Source: Candidatus Omnitrophota bacterium
Lineage (GTDB): Bacteria; Omnitrophota; Gorgyraeia; Zapsychrales; Zapsychraceae
Assembly: GCA_020632515.1 (NCBI GenBank)
Contig: JACKFK010000006.1
Location: 139,876 to 203,875, forward strand
DNA length: 64,000 nt
Reading direction: 5' to 3'
Positions 43,641 through 52,409 of the stretch are shown piece by piece. The position numbers and the translations under genes are program-made. A model generated the notes under the pieces. That model had not been told where the DNA came from and ran no database searches. It saw only the letters and a list, made by a program, of their open reading frames with translations. Numbering within the stretch: position 1 is the first letter of the stretch; every line of letters starts with the position of its first letter.

Positions 43641-45235
43641 GAAAAAATAAAAGACGGGCTTTATTATTGTTGTTGGGATGGGGGGGGTTGTTTTTTGGAT
43701 TGGGCAAAGGATATATTGACCAAGAATATAACTATGTTCTTATAGGTTTGGCTTGTGTTGGAGCGTTGTGTTTGGTTGTTTATTTGAAAAACTTACAACA
43801 ACAATGTTCACAAGCGAAGAGAATTAGAAATCCAAAAAAGGTTTTATTTTTTGTTTTATTGATATTTTTCAATATGTTGGCTTATATCGGGATTAATTAT
43901 GCTGCGTATAAAAATAATATTCGTTTTGATGTAACTCAATTTAAACAGCACACTTTGTCTGAGAACACTTTAAAACTTATTACAAGTTTAAAGGAGAACT
44001 TAAAAATATCTATTCTCTATGTAGGGTTTCCTCCTAAGTATCTTGAAGATTTATTAAAAGAGTATGAACGGTTATCCGAGGGGAAGATTAGTACAGAAAT
44101 TATTGATCCTATTATTCAAATTGGTTATGCCGCGCAATTTGGACAAATTATTCAGGGTAAAGAAAGAAAGGCTGTTGTCCAAAGCGGTAATGAAAGGGCG
44201 GATGTAGATTTTAGTCAAACACCGTTAACTGAAGATCTTTTGAATAACGCGATTAAATCGGTAACAAGAAAGGCGCGCGCTGTTTATTTTTTAACCGGGC
44301 ATAACGAATATCCATTATTTAATAATGAAGATAATGGATTGAGCAAGTTTACGAAATATTTGATGACAAATAATGTTATTGCGAAGGAGCTTGTTTTAAC
44401 AAATAACGAAAATATTCCCACAGATTGTTCTGTGTTGATTATACCAGGGCCTAAAGAAAATTTATCGGAGTTAGAAGAGAATATTATTCGAGATTATCTA
44501 AAAGGAGGCGGTGACGCGTTATTTTTAATAGAAAATGTCGTGGTGACTACTCCGGATAAGCCATTGACTGAGGATGAAATTGATAAAAATCCTTCGTTAA
44601 ACAGTTTGTTAAATGAATGGGGTGTTAATGTGAATCAAGATATTGTTGTTGATTTGGCAAGTCATGCCAGTGGTGATGTGGGAAGCCCGGCGACAAGAAA
44701 CTATATGGCGCATCAGGATATTATTAAAAATATTGATTATACTTTTTATATAAGGCCGCGATCAATATCTTTAGAGAAAGATCGGCGGGAATCAATTAAA
44801 GCGGTGCCGTTTATTTTAACGCAGTCTAAGGAACAAAGCTGGGGAGAAACTAACCGGACTTTGGAAGTAAAATTTGATGCTGGTGTAGATCGTCCTGGCC
44901 CAGTTCCAATCGGATTTGTTATTTTTGAACCTTTAGCGGAAGATTTGTTGAAGGATATCAAGAGCAATAAAGGGACGAGAATCATTGTTGTATCTGACGC
45001 GGATTTTCTAACAAACGCTTATGTTGATTATTATAATAACGCGGAGATGGGGTTAAGGATTATTAATTGGTTAGCGCAGTTGGATTATGAAGTTTTTGTT
45101 GAGAAAGATTTCACAAAAGTAGAAGAGTTTAATTTGACTAGTCAACAAAAGCGAATGGTTATTGCACTTCTTTATATTTTCCCTGTCATGATTGTTTTTC
45201 TAGGATTTATAGCTAAAGCTAAACAATATTTCTAA
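43631..45235 (+). CDS. GldG-like ABC-transporter auxiliary protein
   Basis: N- and C-terminal TM anchors flank a large periplasmic domain. YFLTGH.E and VVSDADFL..... motifs as in the ABC_transp_aux/GldG family. Third gene of the unit. Confidence 0.7.
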   Translation: MAIRKNKRRALLLLLGWGGLFFGLGKGYIDQEYNYVLIGLACVGALCLVVYLKNLQQQCSQAKRIRNPKKVLFFVLLIFFNMLAYIGINYAAYKNNIRFDVTQFKQHTLSENTLKLITSLKENLKISILYVGFPPKYLEDLLKEYERLSEGKISTEIIDPIIQIGYAAQFGQIIQGKERKAVVQSGNERADVDFSQTPLTEDLLNNAIKSVTRKARAVYFLTGHNEYPLFNNEDNGLSKFTKYLMTNNVIAKELVLTNNENIPTDCSVLIIPGPKENLSELEENIIRDYLKGGGDALFLIENVVVTTPDKPLTEDEIDKNPSLNSLLNEWGVNVNQDIVVDLASHASGDVGSPATRNYMAHQDIIKNIDYTFYIRPRSISLEKDRRESIKAVPFILTQSKEQSWGETNRTLEVKFDAGVDRPGPVPIGFVIFEPLAEDLLKDIKSNKGTRIIVVSDADFLTNAYVDYYNNAEMGLRIINWLAQLDYEVFVEKDFTKVEEFNLTSQQKRMVIALLYIFPVMIVFLGFIAKAKQYF

Positions 45236-45238
45236 GTA

Positions 45239-45580
45239 TTATTCAAAAGAGATGATTTTTTTTTCTTCCGCGTAATTTTGAATTTTCTCGCGGTCAGGTA
45301 GATCTAATTTTTGTAGATATTTTTCCGCTGTTTCTTTTAAGTGTTTTTTTTCATCCACAGATATTGTCTTGCCGGAGATATAATCTTTGATTATTTTAAG
45401 GGAATTTTTATTGTTTTCTGTTGGAGATGCTATGGAAGAATAGATATTAGATCCTGTGGAAAGAACGATGGTAAGGGCAAATCCAATGAGAATACAAACA
45501 GTAAAAATTAAAATGTCAATATTTCTTGGCCGCCAAGAGGATAGTTTTGGTTTCTTTTTTATTCTTTTATAATAACCCAC
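45239..45580 (-). CDS. Hypothetical membrane-anchored protein
   Basis: Basic N-terminus, one TM helix (IDILIFTVCILIGFALTIVL), Lys/Glu-rich C-terminus. Confidence 0.5.
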   Translation of the reverse strand: MGYYKRIKKKPKLSSWRPRNIDILIFTVCILIGFALTIVLSTGSNIYSSIASPTENNKNSLKIIKDYISGKTISVDEKKHLKETAEKYLQKLDLPDREKIQNYAEEKKIISFE

Positions 45581-45661
45581 ATTAAACTCCTTAAAATGAT
45601 TAGATAATTTTATTATATTTATATTTTTACCGGAGTCTAGTCTCTGCGATACTATTTCGGT

Positions 45662-45690
45662 TTGACAATAAAAGGAAAAAAGGGTAGTAT
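45662..45690 (+). promoter_or_regulatory. Sigma70-like promoter candidate for the ABC-F gene
   Basis: TTGACA (45662-45667), 17-nt spacer, TAGTAT (45685-45690). Confidence 0.45.
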
Positions 45691-45789
45691 TGAACAGAAT
45701 TATTTGGAATAAATCGACTGGAAAGAGTTTTAGATGCCGGGAGCAGTTGTAATAGGTGTTTAATTAAAATGGGAAGATGGTGATGGCAA

Positions 45790-47424
45790 ATGATATCAGC
45801 TAATGGTGTTACAATTCAATTTGGAAAACGAAAATTATTCGAAAATGTTAATATTTCTTTTTCTCCAGGAAATTGTTATGGATTAATTGGTGCAAACGGA
45901 TCAGGAAAATCTACTTTTTTGAAAGTATTATCTGGTGAAATTGAATCAAATGCAGGAGATATTTCCATCGCTCCTAATCATCGTTTATCGATGCTAAAGC
46001 AAGACCAGTTCGCCTTTGATGACAAAGAAGTTTTAATGACTGTAATTATGGGCTATAAACGGTTATACGAAGTTATGACGGAAAAAGACGCGATTTATGC
46101 CAAAGAGAATTTTTCTGATGAAGATGGCATGCGCGCTTCAGAATTGGAAAGTGAATTCGCGGAACTTGACGGTTGGAATGCGGAAGCAGAGGCTGCAAAG
46201 TTATTAGGTGATTTAGGAATTAAGGAAGAATTTCACATGTTAAAAATGAAACAGCTTGAAGCCGGGCAGAAAGTACGGGTGTTGTTGGCTCAGGCTTTAT
46301 TCGGTAATCCAGATATCCTTCTTTTAGATGAGCCGACAAATCAGCTGGATATTGAAACGAGCATGTGGTTAGAGGAGTTTCTTATCAATTTTGAAAATAC
46401 GGCGATTGTTGTATCGCATGACCGGCATTTTTTGGATAAAGTATGTACGCATGTTTGTGATATCGATTTTGGCAAGATACAGCTTTATCCTGGGAATTAT
46501 TCATTTTGGGCAGAATCCAGTGAACTCGCCTTGAGACAACGGTCTGATAAAAATAAGCGGATAGAAGAAAAGCGTAAAGAAATGCAAGATTTTATTGCTC
46601 GGTTTAGCGCTAATGCGTCAAAATCTCGTCAGGCAACTTCACGTAAAAAGATTTTAGAAAAACTTAATCTTGAAGAAATTAAACCTTCTTCCCGAAAATA
46701 TCCTTTTATCCAATTCCCCAGCGAGCGAGATGCTGGAAACGATATTCTACGAATTGATCATATGAGTAAATCAATTGATGGCCAGATAATGTTTAAGGAT
46801 TTAAACATTGAATTAAACAAAGGAGATAAGGTTGCTTTAATTGGACGTAATGATTTAGCTAAAACAACGTTATTTCAAATTTTAATGGAGGAAATTAAAA
46901 GCGACGAGGGTGAATTAAAATGGGGAGCATCTACTTCCCGGGCTTATTTTCCTAAAGATAATACTAAATATTTTGAGAGGGATTTAAATTTAATTGATTG
47001 GCTGCGGCAGTATTCAACAGATACGGATGAAACATTTATTCGCGGTTTCTTAGGGCGGATGTTGTTTGCTGGTGAAGAAACTTTGAAAAAAGTAAAAGTT
47101 CTGTCTGGTGGAGAAAAAGTTCGGTGTATGTTGTCAAGGATGATGTTGGCGGGAGCTAATGTGATTATACTTGATGAACCGACGAATCATCTGGATTTGG
47201 AATCTATTACCGCGTTAAATAAAGGAATGAAAAGTTTTAATGGTACTGTTATTTTTTCCTCACATGATCATGAATTGATTCAAACAGTTGCTAACCGCAT
47301 TATCGAAATCACGCCCAATGGGTATATTGACTCTCAAAGCACGACATTTGATGAATATTTGGAAGATCCTCGAATAAAGAAAAGAAGAGAAGAGTTGTAT
47401 CAAGAAATTGAATCAAATGTTTAG
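45790..47424 (+). CDS. ABC-F family ATPase (YbiT-like; two ABC domains, no TM domain)
   Basis: Two Walker A/signature/Walker B sets. The N-terminus is close to E. coli YbiT as I remember it (..NVT.QFG.K.LFEN....F..GN.YGLIGANGSGKSTF.K.L.G). Confidence 0.9.
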   Translation: MISANGVTIQFGKRKLFENVNISFSPGNCYGLIGANGSGKSTFLKVLSGEIESNAGDISIAPNHRLSMLKQDQFAFDDKEVLMTVIMGYKRLYEVMTEKDAIYAKENFSDEDGMRASELESEFAELDGWNAEAEAAKLLGDLGIKEEFHMLKMKQLEAGQKVRVLLAQALFGNPDILLLDEPTNQLDIETSMWLEEFLINFENTAIVVSHDRHFLDKVCTHVCDIDFGKIQLYPGNYSFWAESSELALRQRSDKNKRIEEKRKEMQDFIARFSANASKSRQATSRKKILEKLNLEEIKPSSRKYPFIQFPSERDAGNDILRIDHMSKSIDGQIMFKDLNIELNKGDKVALIGRNDLAKTTLFQILMEEIKSDEGELKWGASTSRAYFPKDNTKYFERDLNLIDWLRQYSTDTDETFIRGFLGRMLFAGEETLKKVKVLSGGEKVRCMLSRMMLAGANVIILDEPTNHLDLESITALNKGMKSFNGTVIFSSHDHELIQTVANRIIEITPNGYIDSQSTTFDEYLEDPRIKKRREELYQEIESNV

Positions 47425-47430
47425 ATTTGC

Positions 47431-47619
47431 TTAATTCATACAGACATCTACAGTAAATGTATTGTCTTCATATATTTTTATATTTAATTGAATCGGTTTG
47501 CAGCATGTTTCACAGTCTGTCACAAGACTTTGAAAATTCTCACCTGTTATATCAATAAGAATAGAATTAGTTGAGCAGCAATAGGGGCAGGGGAAAGAGT
47601 GTTCTTCGGTAAGGGCCAT
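47431..47619 (-). CDS. CPXCG-motif cysteine-rich zinc-ribbon protein
   Basis: CPYCCS...(21 aa)...DCETCCKPI matches the CPxCG...DC..CC.P family pattern (Pfam Cys_rich_CPXG, from memory). Confidence 0.7.
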   Translation of the reverse strand: MALTEEHSFPCPYCCSTNSILIDITGENFQSLVTDCETCCKPIQLNIKIYEDNTFTVDVCMN

Positions 47620-47649
47620 AGATTATACGCTCGTTAAACTGAGAAGAAT

Positions 47650-47880
47650 TTAAAAGGTGATGATTTCTTTATCTTTATTGCCTTCTTCATCGTTTTCTTT
47701 TGTGGCCTCAAAGTATTTTAAATCAGGGCCGTTGACTTTAAGTAAGATTCGAATCGGTTTCTGACAATGTTCACAATCTACAATATAAGTTTGTTCCTCT
47801 CCCGCATCTAATTTAACCGTTTCTGTAACGGAAAACCAGCAGTAAGGGCAGGCGTAATCTTGTTCGAGTGTGTTGGACAT
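47650..47880 (-). CDS. CPXCG-type zinc-ribbon paralogue with acidic C-terminal tail
   Basis: CPYCWF...(23 aa)...DCEHCQKPI. I prefer ATG 47880 (SD GAAAGG) over the track start 47925. Confidence 0.65.
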   Translation of the reverse strand: MSNTLEQDYACPYCWFSVTETVKLDAGEEQTYIVDCEHCQKPIRILLKVNGPDLKYFEATKENDEEGNKDKEIITF

Positions 47881-48025
47881 ATTAAAAGCCTTTCTTTTTT
47901 TAACATTATAAGAAAATTGATTCATTTGTAAACATCTTATTCTAAAGTAAGGATATTTTTGTTTTAATTTGTGAGCAGCCTGGAATTATGTGGTATATTA
48001 TCAAATAAATAAAAGGCAGGAGCTT

Positions 48026-48709
48026 ATGAAGAAGGTGCAAAAAGTTAAATATCTTTTATACGGAGTGCTTATTGCCGTAGGTTTTTTCCTTGGATTTAAA
48101 TTATATCATCGATGGCAGAATGAAAATGCAGTGTTAAAGCAAGTAATTACCCGACTAGAAGCGCAGACGCGGGTGGCTGAAGTTTTGGTGACGGGTGTTA
48201 ATTATGATGAAAAAAACAAAAAAGCGTATACCACGATTAAATTTTTGGAGTATGATGAACATAAACAGCCACTGAAGCCTAGATACTTTACTTTTATTGG
48301 AAATATTATCCAATTTCAGGCGTTGATTATTCGGTTTGATAATATTCATATTCGTAATGGACATAAGTTAAAAGGAAAAAGCGCGCATATTTTTTGGAAA
48401 GCTTTTGTTCTTGACGGAGAAAATACGCAGGAATTCGAAATTAATAAACTTAATGAAATCCCGCAGGGATATAAGATTGAAGGATTGGAAAATCCTTTTG
48501 AATTGAAGCTGTGGCAGGAGTTCTGGGCGTACGCGTTAAATCCGGATTTGGCTAAAACGGATGGAATAAGAAACGCGCAGATTGAGGCTCCGGGTACCAT
48601 GTTTGTGCCAGGACATTTGTACACAATTTATATTGAACATGACGGAGGGTTATTGATTGATTCATCGCCCCTGTCTCCCATCTTAAAAGGGGAAACAATT
48701 TTAAAATGA
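48026..48709 (+). CDS. Hypothetical N-terminally anchored protein
   Basis: MKKVQKVKYLLYGVLIAVGFFLGF anchor. No recognised domain. ATG 48026 is preferred over 47990. Confidence 0.55.
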   Translation: MKKVQKVKYLLYGVLIAVGFFLGFKLYHRWQNENAVLKQVITRLEAQTRVAEVLVTGVNYDEKNKKAYTTIKFLEYDEHKQPLKPRYFTFIGNIIQFQALIIRFDNIHIRNGHKLKGKSAHIFWKAFVLDGENTQEFEINKLNEIPQGYKIEGLENPFELKLWQEFWAYALNPDLAKTDGIRNAQIEAPGTMFVPGHLYTIYIEHDGGLLIDSSPLSPILKGETILK

Positions 48710-48743
48710 TCAATGCCGAGTGGTTTTTAAAGAAAGGAAACGT

Positions 48744-49382
48744 ATGAATAAAATTCTTTTTCTAATGATTGTTATTAATTTATCTTTTGTGAATATATCT
48801 CAAGTAAAGGCGCAAGAAAATGCTTCTATTGAACAGATTGTGCAGCCGATTGTAAAAGCCATGGTGGATCAGACCTATCAGCAGATTATCGGACAAGCTT
48901 TGCAGAAAGCGGTTATTGAGCAAAGCATACAAAATGCTCAGCAGCAAGTTGTTCAGCAGGCGATTCAACAGGCGATTCTTGAAGGATTGCAAGAAACAAT
49001 TGTTCGGCAAACTGTTCAGGAAGCTTATAAGCAGGGCATTGCCGTAGCTGTAGCGCAACAACAGCAACGTGTTGCGCAAGCGGTTATCCAGCAGAGAGTA
49101 CAGGAAGTTATTAATGAGACATTGCGTCGAACCATGGTGCAGCAAGTTTATCAACAAGTCGTGCAAAGAGCGATTCAGCAACGCATTGTTCAGCAGGTTG
49201 TTGTCCAGCAACAACAGAGAGCGATCCAGCAGGCCGTTGTCCAACAAGCAGTTCAACAGCAAGTCCAGCAGGCGGTTGCTCAACAGATGATTCAACAGCA
49301 AGCAGCGCGTCAAATTGCCATTCAGCAAACCATTCAGCAGCAATATCAACAAGCTATGCAGCAGTTGTTGTCGGGTCAATAA
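48744..49382 (+). CDS. Secreted glutamine-rich low-complexity protein
   Basis: Signal peptide MNKILFLMIVINLSFVNISQVKA|Q. By hand count the mature part has 66 Gln in about 188 residues, in a (V/I/A)(V/I/A)QQ periodicity. Confidence 0.6.
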   Translation: MNKILFLMIVINLSFVNISQVKAQENASIEQIVQPIVKAMVDQTYQQIIGQALQKAVIEQSIQNAQQQVVQQAIQQAILEGLQETIVRQTVQEAYKQGIAVAVAQQQQRVAQAVIQQRVQEVINETLRRTMVQQVYQQVVQRAIQQRIVQQVVVQQQQRAIQQAVVQQAVQQQVQQAVAQQMIQQQAARQIAIQQTIQQQYQQAMQQLLSGQ

Positions 49383-49506
49383 TAGGATATAAAAAATAAA
49401 GTATTTTAATTGACAGGAAGAAAATGTTTTTCTATCATCTAGTGTGTAGTTAAGAGTGTTCCTTAATAAATAATTTTATTCAAACCTTTAATAATAGGGA
49501 GGTAAA

Positions 49507-51366
49507 ATGAGGTTAAACATTCAGAATAAGATTTTATTAATCATGGGTATTCCATTTTTAATCATTTTATATTTTGGGATTAAAGAATATAGCGCAAAAT
49601 CGCATGTTCTAACAGAAATGAAAAGTTTGGAGAGGTTAGTTAATGTATCTGTTAAGATTAGCGACTATGTGCATGAAACGCAAAAAGAACGGGGTTTTAC
49701 CGGCGGGTTTTTAGGTAGCAGTGGCAAGAATTTTGTTAGTGAGCTGCCTAAACAGCGGGAATTGACAGATACTAAAAGACAAGATCTTAATACGTTCTTA
49801 GAAAGTTTTGAAGCCAAGAAATATGGCGATGAATTTAAAGCTACGTTTGATCAGGCATTTACCCTTGCTGATGAAATTCCAGCCATGCGTAATAAAGTGA
49901 GTGGCTTACAAATTCCCGCAAGCGATGCATTAGGGTTTTATACCAAACATAACGCGGCCATGCTTGATATTATCGCCCAAATATCCAAAATTAGTTCAAA
50001 CGCGGAGCTTACGGCGCAACTTACCGCTTATACAAGTTTTTTAAAAGGTAAAGAACGGGCAGGGATTGAGCGTGCTGTCATGAGTGTAGCTTTTAGTAAA
50101 GATAAATTTGGGGAAGGGCAATTTAATAAGTTTAGTAAGTTGGTTACTGAACAAGATACTTATATAGATGGTTTCAAGTCTTCAGCTAAGAAGTCTCAAA
50201 TTGAGTTTCTTGATAATAAGATGCGGGATTCATCCGTCGCGGAAGTGAAACGGTATCGGGATATCGCTTTTGCCAACGCCAACGCGGAAAGTCTTGGGCA
50301 GGTTGATGCTGGCGCTTGGTTTAGTGCAATTACTCAGAAGATTAATGTATTAAAGGAAATTGAAACGCAATTATCTGATGATCTATTGAAGAGAACGGTA
50401 GAGTTAAAGTCTTCAGCAAATAGAGCATTATATATGATTGTGATTCTTTTATTATCAGTCATTGGAATTACGGTTTTTGTCAGTATTTTTATTACAAAAA
50501 AGATGATAGTTAAGCCGATAGAGCAGATTGTCAAGAGTTTGCAGATTATCGCTCAAGGGAATTTCACGGAAAAACTTAATATTGCGTCCAATGATGAACT
50601 TGGAGATTTAGCTACCAATGTAAATGGATTAGTTGAGAATATTTCTAATGTTATTAGGGAAATTCAAGGGATCTCAACATCCTTGGGGCAGGATGCTGGA
50701 AATGTCACGCAGAGTTCCCAGCAGATTTCCGATGGTTCGCAGCAACAAGCAGCTTCGTTTGAGGAGTTATCCAGTTCTGTTCAAGCAAATGCATCCAATG
50801 CTTCATCTGTAAATGAATTGGCTCAAGGAATGTCCAAAAATGCGAATACCTCTAAAGATGGGATGGAAAATACGATTGATGCAATTACCATGATTGAAAA
50901 AAGTGCGCAAAAAATCGCGGAATCAATTGAGATCATTACGGATATTGCCGATCAAACAAATTTATTGGCTTTAAATGCTGCTATTGAAGCTGCAAGAGCT
51001 GGTGAGCATGGCAAAGGGTTTGCTGTCGTAGCGGATGAAGTCCGTAAATTGGCAGAACGTAGCGCTGCGTCTGCTAATGATATTGTGGGTTTAATTCAAG
51101 AAAGTACTAGTCAGGTTCAAAATGGTGTGAGATTGTCGAAAGATGCAGGAACCAATTTAGAGAAAATGGTTGGTGATATTGGTAAAGTATCTGAGCAGAT
51201 TAACGCAATCAGTACAGCAACGCAGGAGCAAGCCGCGACTATGGAAGAAAATACTTCCATCACTGAAACAAATGCGACAGTGGCTGATGGACTTGCCACA
51301 GCAGCACGGGAATTAACCGGAAAAGCGCAGAAGTTAAATGAAATGATTGCGCAGTTTAAAGTGTAA
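49507..51366 (+). CDS. Methyl-accepting chemotaxis protein with a periplasmic NIT (nitrate/nitrite-sensing type) domain and HAMP
   Basis: [19 protein letters not shown]...L..QR..TD is a NIT signature. Second TM helix, then HAMP. Highly conserved MCP hairpin ([39 protein letters not shown]). Confidence 0.88.
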   Translation: MRLNIQNKILLIMGIPFLIILYFGIKEYSAKSHVLTEMKSLERLVNVSVKISDYVHETQKERGFTGGFLGSSGKNFVSELPKQRELTDTKRQDLNTFLESFEAKKYGDEFKATFDQAFTLADEIPAMRNKVSGLQIPASDALGFYTKHNAAMLDIIAQISKISSNAELTAQLTAYTSFLKGKERAGIERAVMSVAFSKDKFGEGQFNKFSKLVTEQDTYIDGFKSSAKKSQIEFLDNKMRDSSVAEVKRYRDIAFANANAESLGQVDAGAWFSAITQKINVLKEIETQLSDDLLKRTVELKSSANRALYMIVILLLSVIGITVFVSIFITKKMIVKPIEQIVKSLQIIAQGNFTEKLNIASNDELGDLATNVNGLVENISNVIREIQGISTSLGQDAGNVTQSSQQISDGSQQQAASFEELSSSVQANASNASSVNELAQGMSKNANTSKDGMENTIDAITMIEKSAQKIAESIEIITDIADQTNLLALNAAIEAARAGEHGKGFAVVADEVRKLAERSAASANDIVGLIQESTSQVQNGVRLSKDAGTNLEKMVGDIGKVSEQINAISTATQEQAATMEENTSITETNATVADGLATAARELTGKAQKLNEMIAQFKV

Positions 51367-51392
51367 GTATTTTAAGAATAATAAGTTATTGT

Positions 51393-51433
51393 AAGACCTG
51401 CTGCATTTTAGAAATTTGTAGCAGGTCTTTTTT
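51393..51433 (+). terminator. Rho-independent terminator after the MCP gene
   Basis: AAGACCTGCT (51393-51402) pairs with AGCAGGTCTT (51420-51429), then a T-run. Confidence 0.7.
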
Positions 51434-51536
51434 GTTGATTTTGTTTTATGAATGTGTATAATTGGTGAATTATTCATTTGAGAAATAAATGTTAATTGGG
51501 GCATTAAGGTGTTCACAATCACGAAAGGACGGATGT

Positions 51537-51995
51537 ATGAAATTAAATCGTAATCTATTGCCATTAATTATGTTAAGTGTGTTAATGGTTGCTTGTGATC
51601 AAGCGAAGAAACAGGAACCGACAGCTGGAGAAAAGTTAGGCGGGTTTGTTGAGAAGACAGAAAAGGAAGCTTCATCAATTAAAGCAAGCATGGAACAAAA
51701 GATGGAACAGGGAACTTCAATGATGAAAGAAGCTGGTCAAGAAGTTGAAGCTGCCAAAGATTCGATGATGGGTAAGTTGAAAGAATTAATTGAAAAAGCG
51801 AAAAATTTTTTAGCAGATGGCAATTATGAAGAAGCCTTGAGTGCGGCGCAAAGCGCGTTAGCCATTGATAGTAATTCGCAAGAAGCGAAAGATATCATCG
51901 CTCAAGCAAAAGAAAAGATTCAAGCCATGGCTGGAGAGAAGTTAAATGATTTAAAAACCGGTATTGGTGATAAATTTAAAGGATTTGGTCAATAA
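51537..51995 (+). CDS. Helical lipoprotein
   Basis: Lipobox LMVAC after MKLNRNLLPLIMLSV. Glu/Lys/Ala-rich helical body. ATG 51537 has SD GAAAGGACGGA. Confidence 0.6.
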   Translation: MKLNRNLLPLIMLSVLMVACDQAKKQEPTAGEKLGGFVEKTEKEASSIKASMEQKMEQGTSMMKEAGQEVEAAKDSMMGKLKELIEKAKNFLADGNYEEALSAAQSALAIDSNSQEAKDIIAQAKEKIQAMAGEKLNDLKTGIGDKFKGFGQ

Positions 51996-52026
51996 TTTTT
52001 TCATAGTGCTTATTTAAATTTTTCAT

Positions 52027-52063
52027 TAAAAGGCTGATCGTATTATTTGATCAGCCTTTTTTT
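52027..52063 (+). terminator. Rho-independent terminator
   Basis: AGGCTGATC (52031-52039) pairs with GATCAGCCT (52049-52057), then T6. Confidence 0.75.
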
Positions 52064-52124
52064 CGTAGGATCATTTTGTAATTGAAGGTATAATAAATAA
52101 ATTAGACAAGGAGGAGAGTAAATT

Positions 52125-52307
52125 ATGGAATATTTATGCAGTCTTTGCGGGAAAACAGTCCAAGGGGATGCCGTTGAATTTATTAATCATACGGAAACAC
52201 ACATTATTGATGAAATAAAAGCCAACCATCCAGAATGGGAAGAAAAAGATGGGGTTTGTCGAAAATGTGTGGAGTATTTCCGTCGACAACTTAAAGGTGA
52301 AGAATAA
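52125..52307 (+). CDS. Small zinc-ribbon-like protein (60 aa)
   Basis: CSLCGK...(36 aa)...CRKC. Strong SD AAGGAGGAG. Confidence 0.5.
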   Translation: MEYLCSLCGKTVQGDAVEFINHTETHIIDEIKANHPEWEEKDGVCRKCVEYFRRQLKGEE

Positions 52308-52409
52308 AAATTTATAAAAGATCGTAAAAAATCTTGCAGATTTTATGGATATCTTTACAATTAACTTAATTAATAAATCTTTATGTACTGTCATTGAATT
52401 AGTTTTTTA

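Noticed and set aside
48780-49379. 199-aa Leu-rich antisense ORF opposite the Q-rich gene
   Set aside because: The CAG/CAA (Gln) codon run reads as CTG/TTG (Leu) on the other strand. The + strand product has a signal peptide and an SD; the antisense product has neither.
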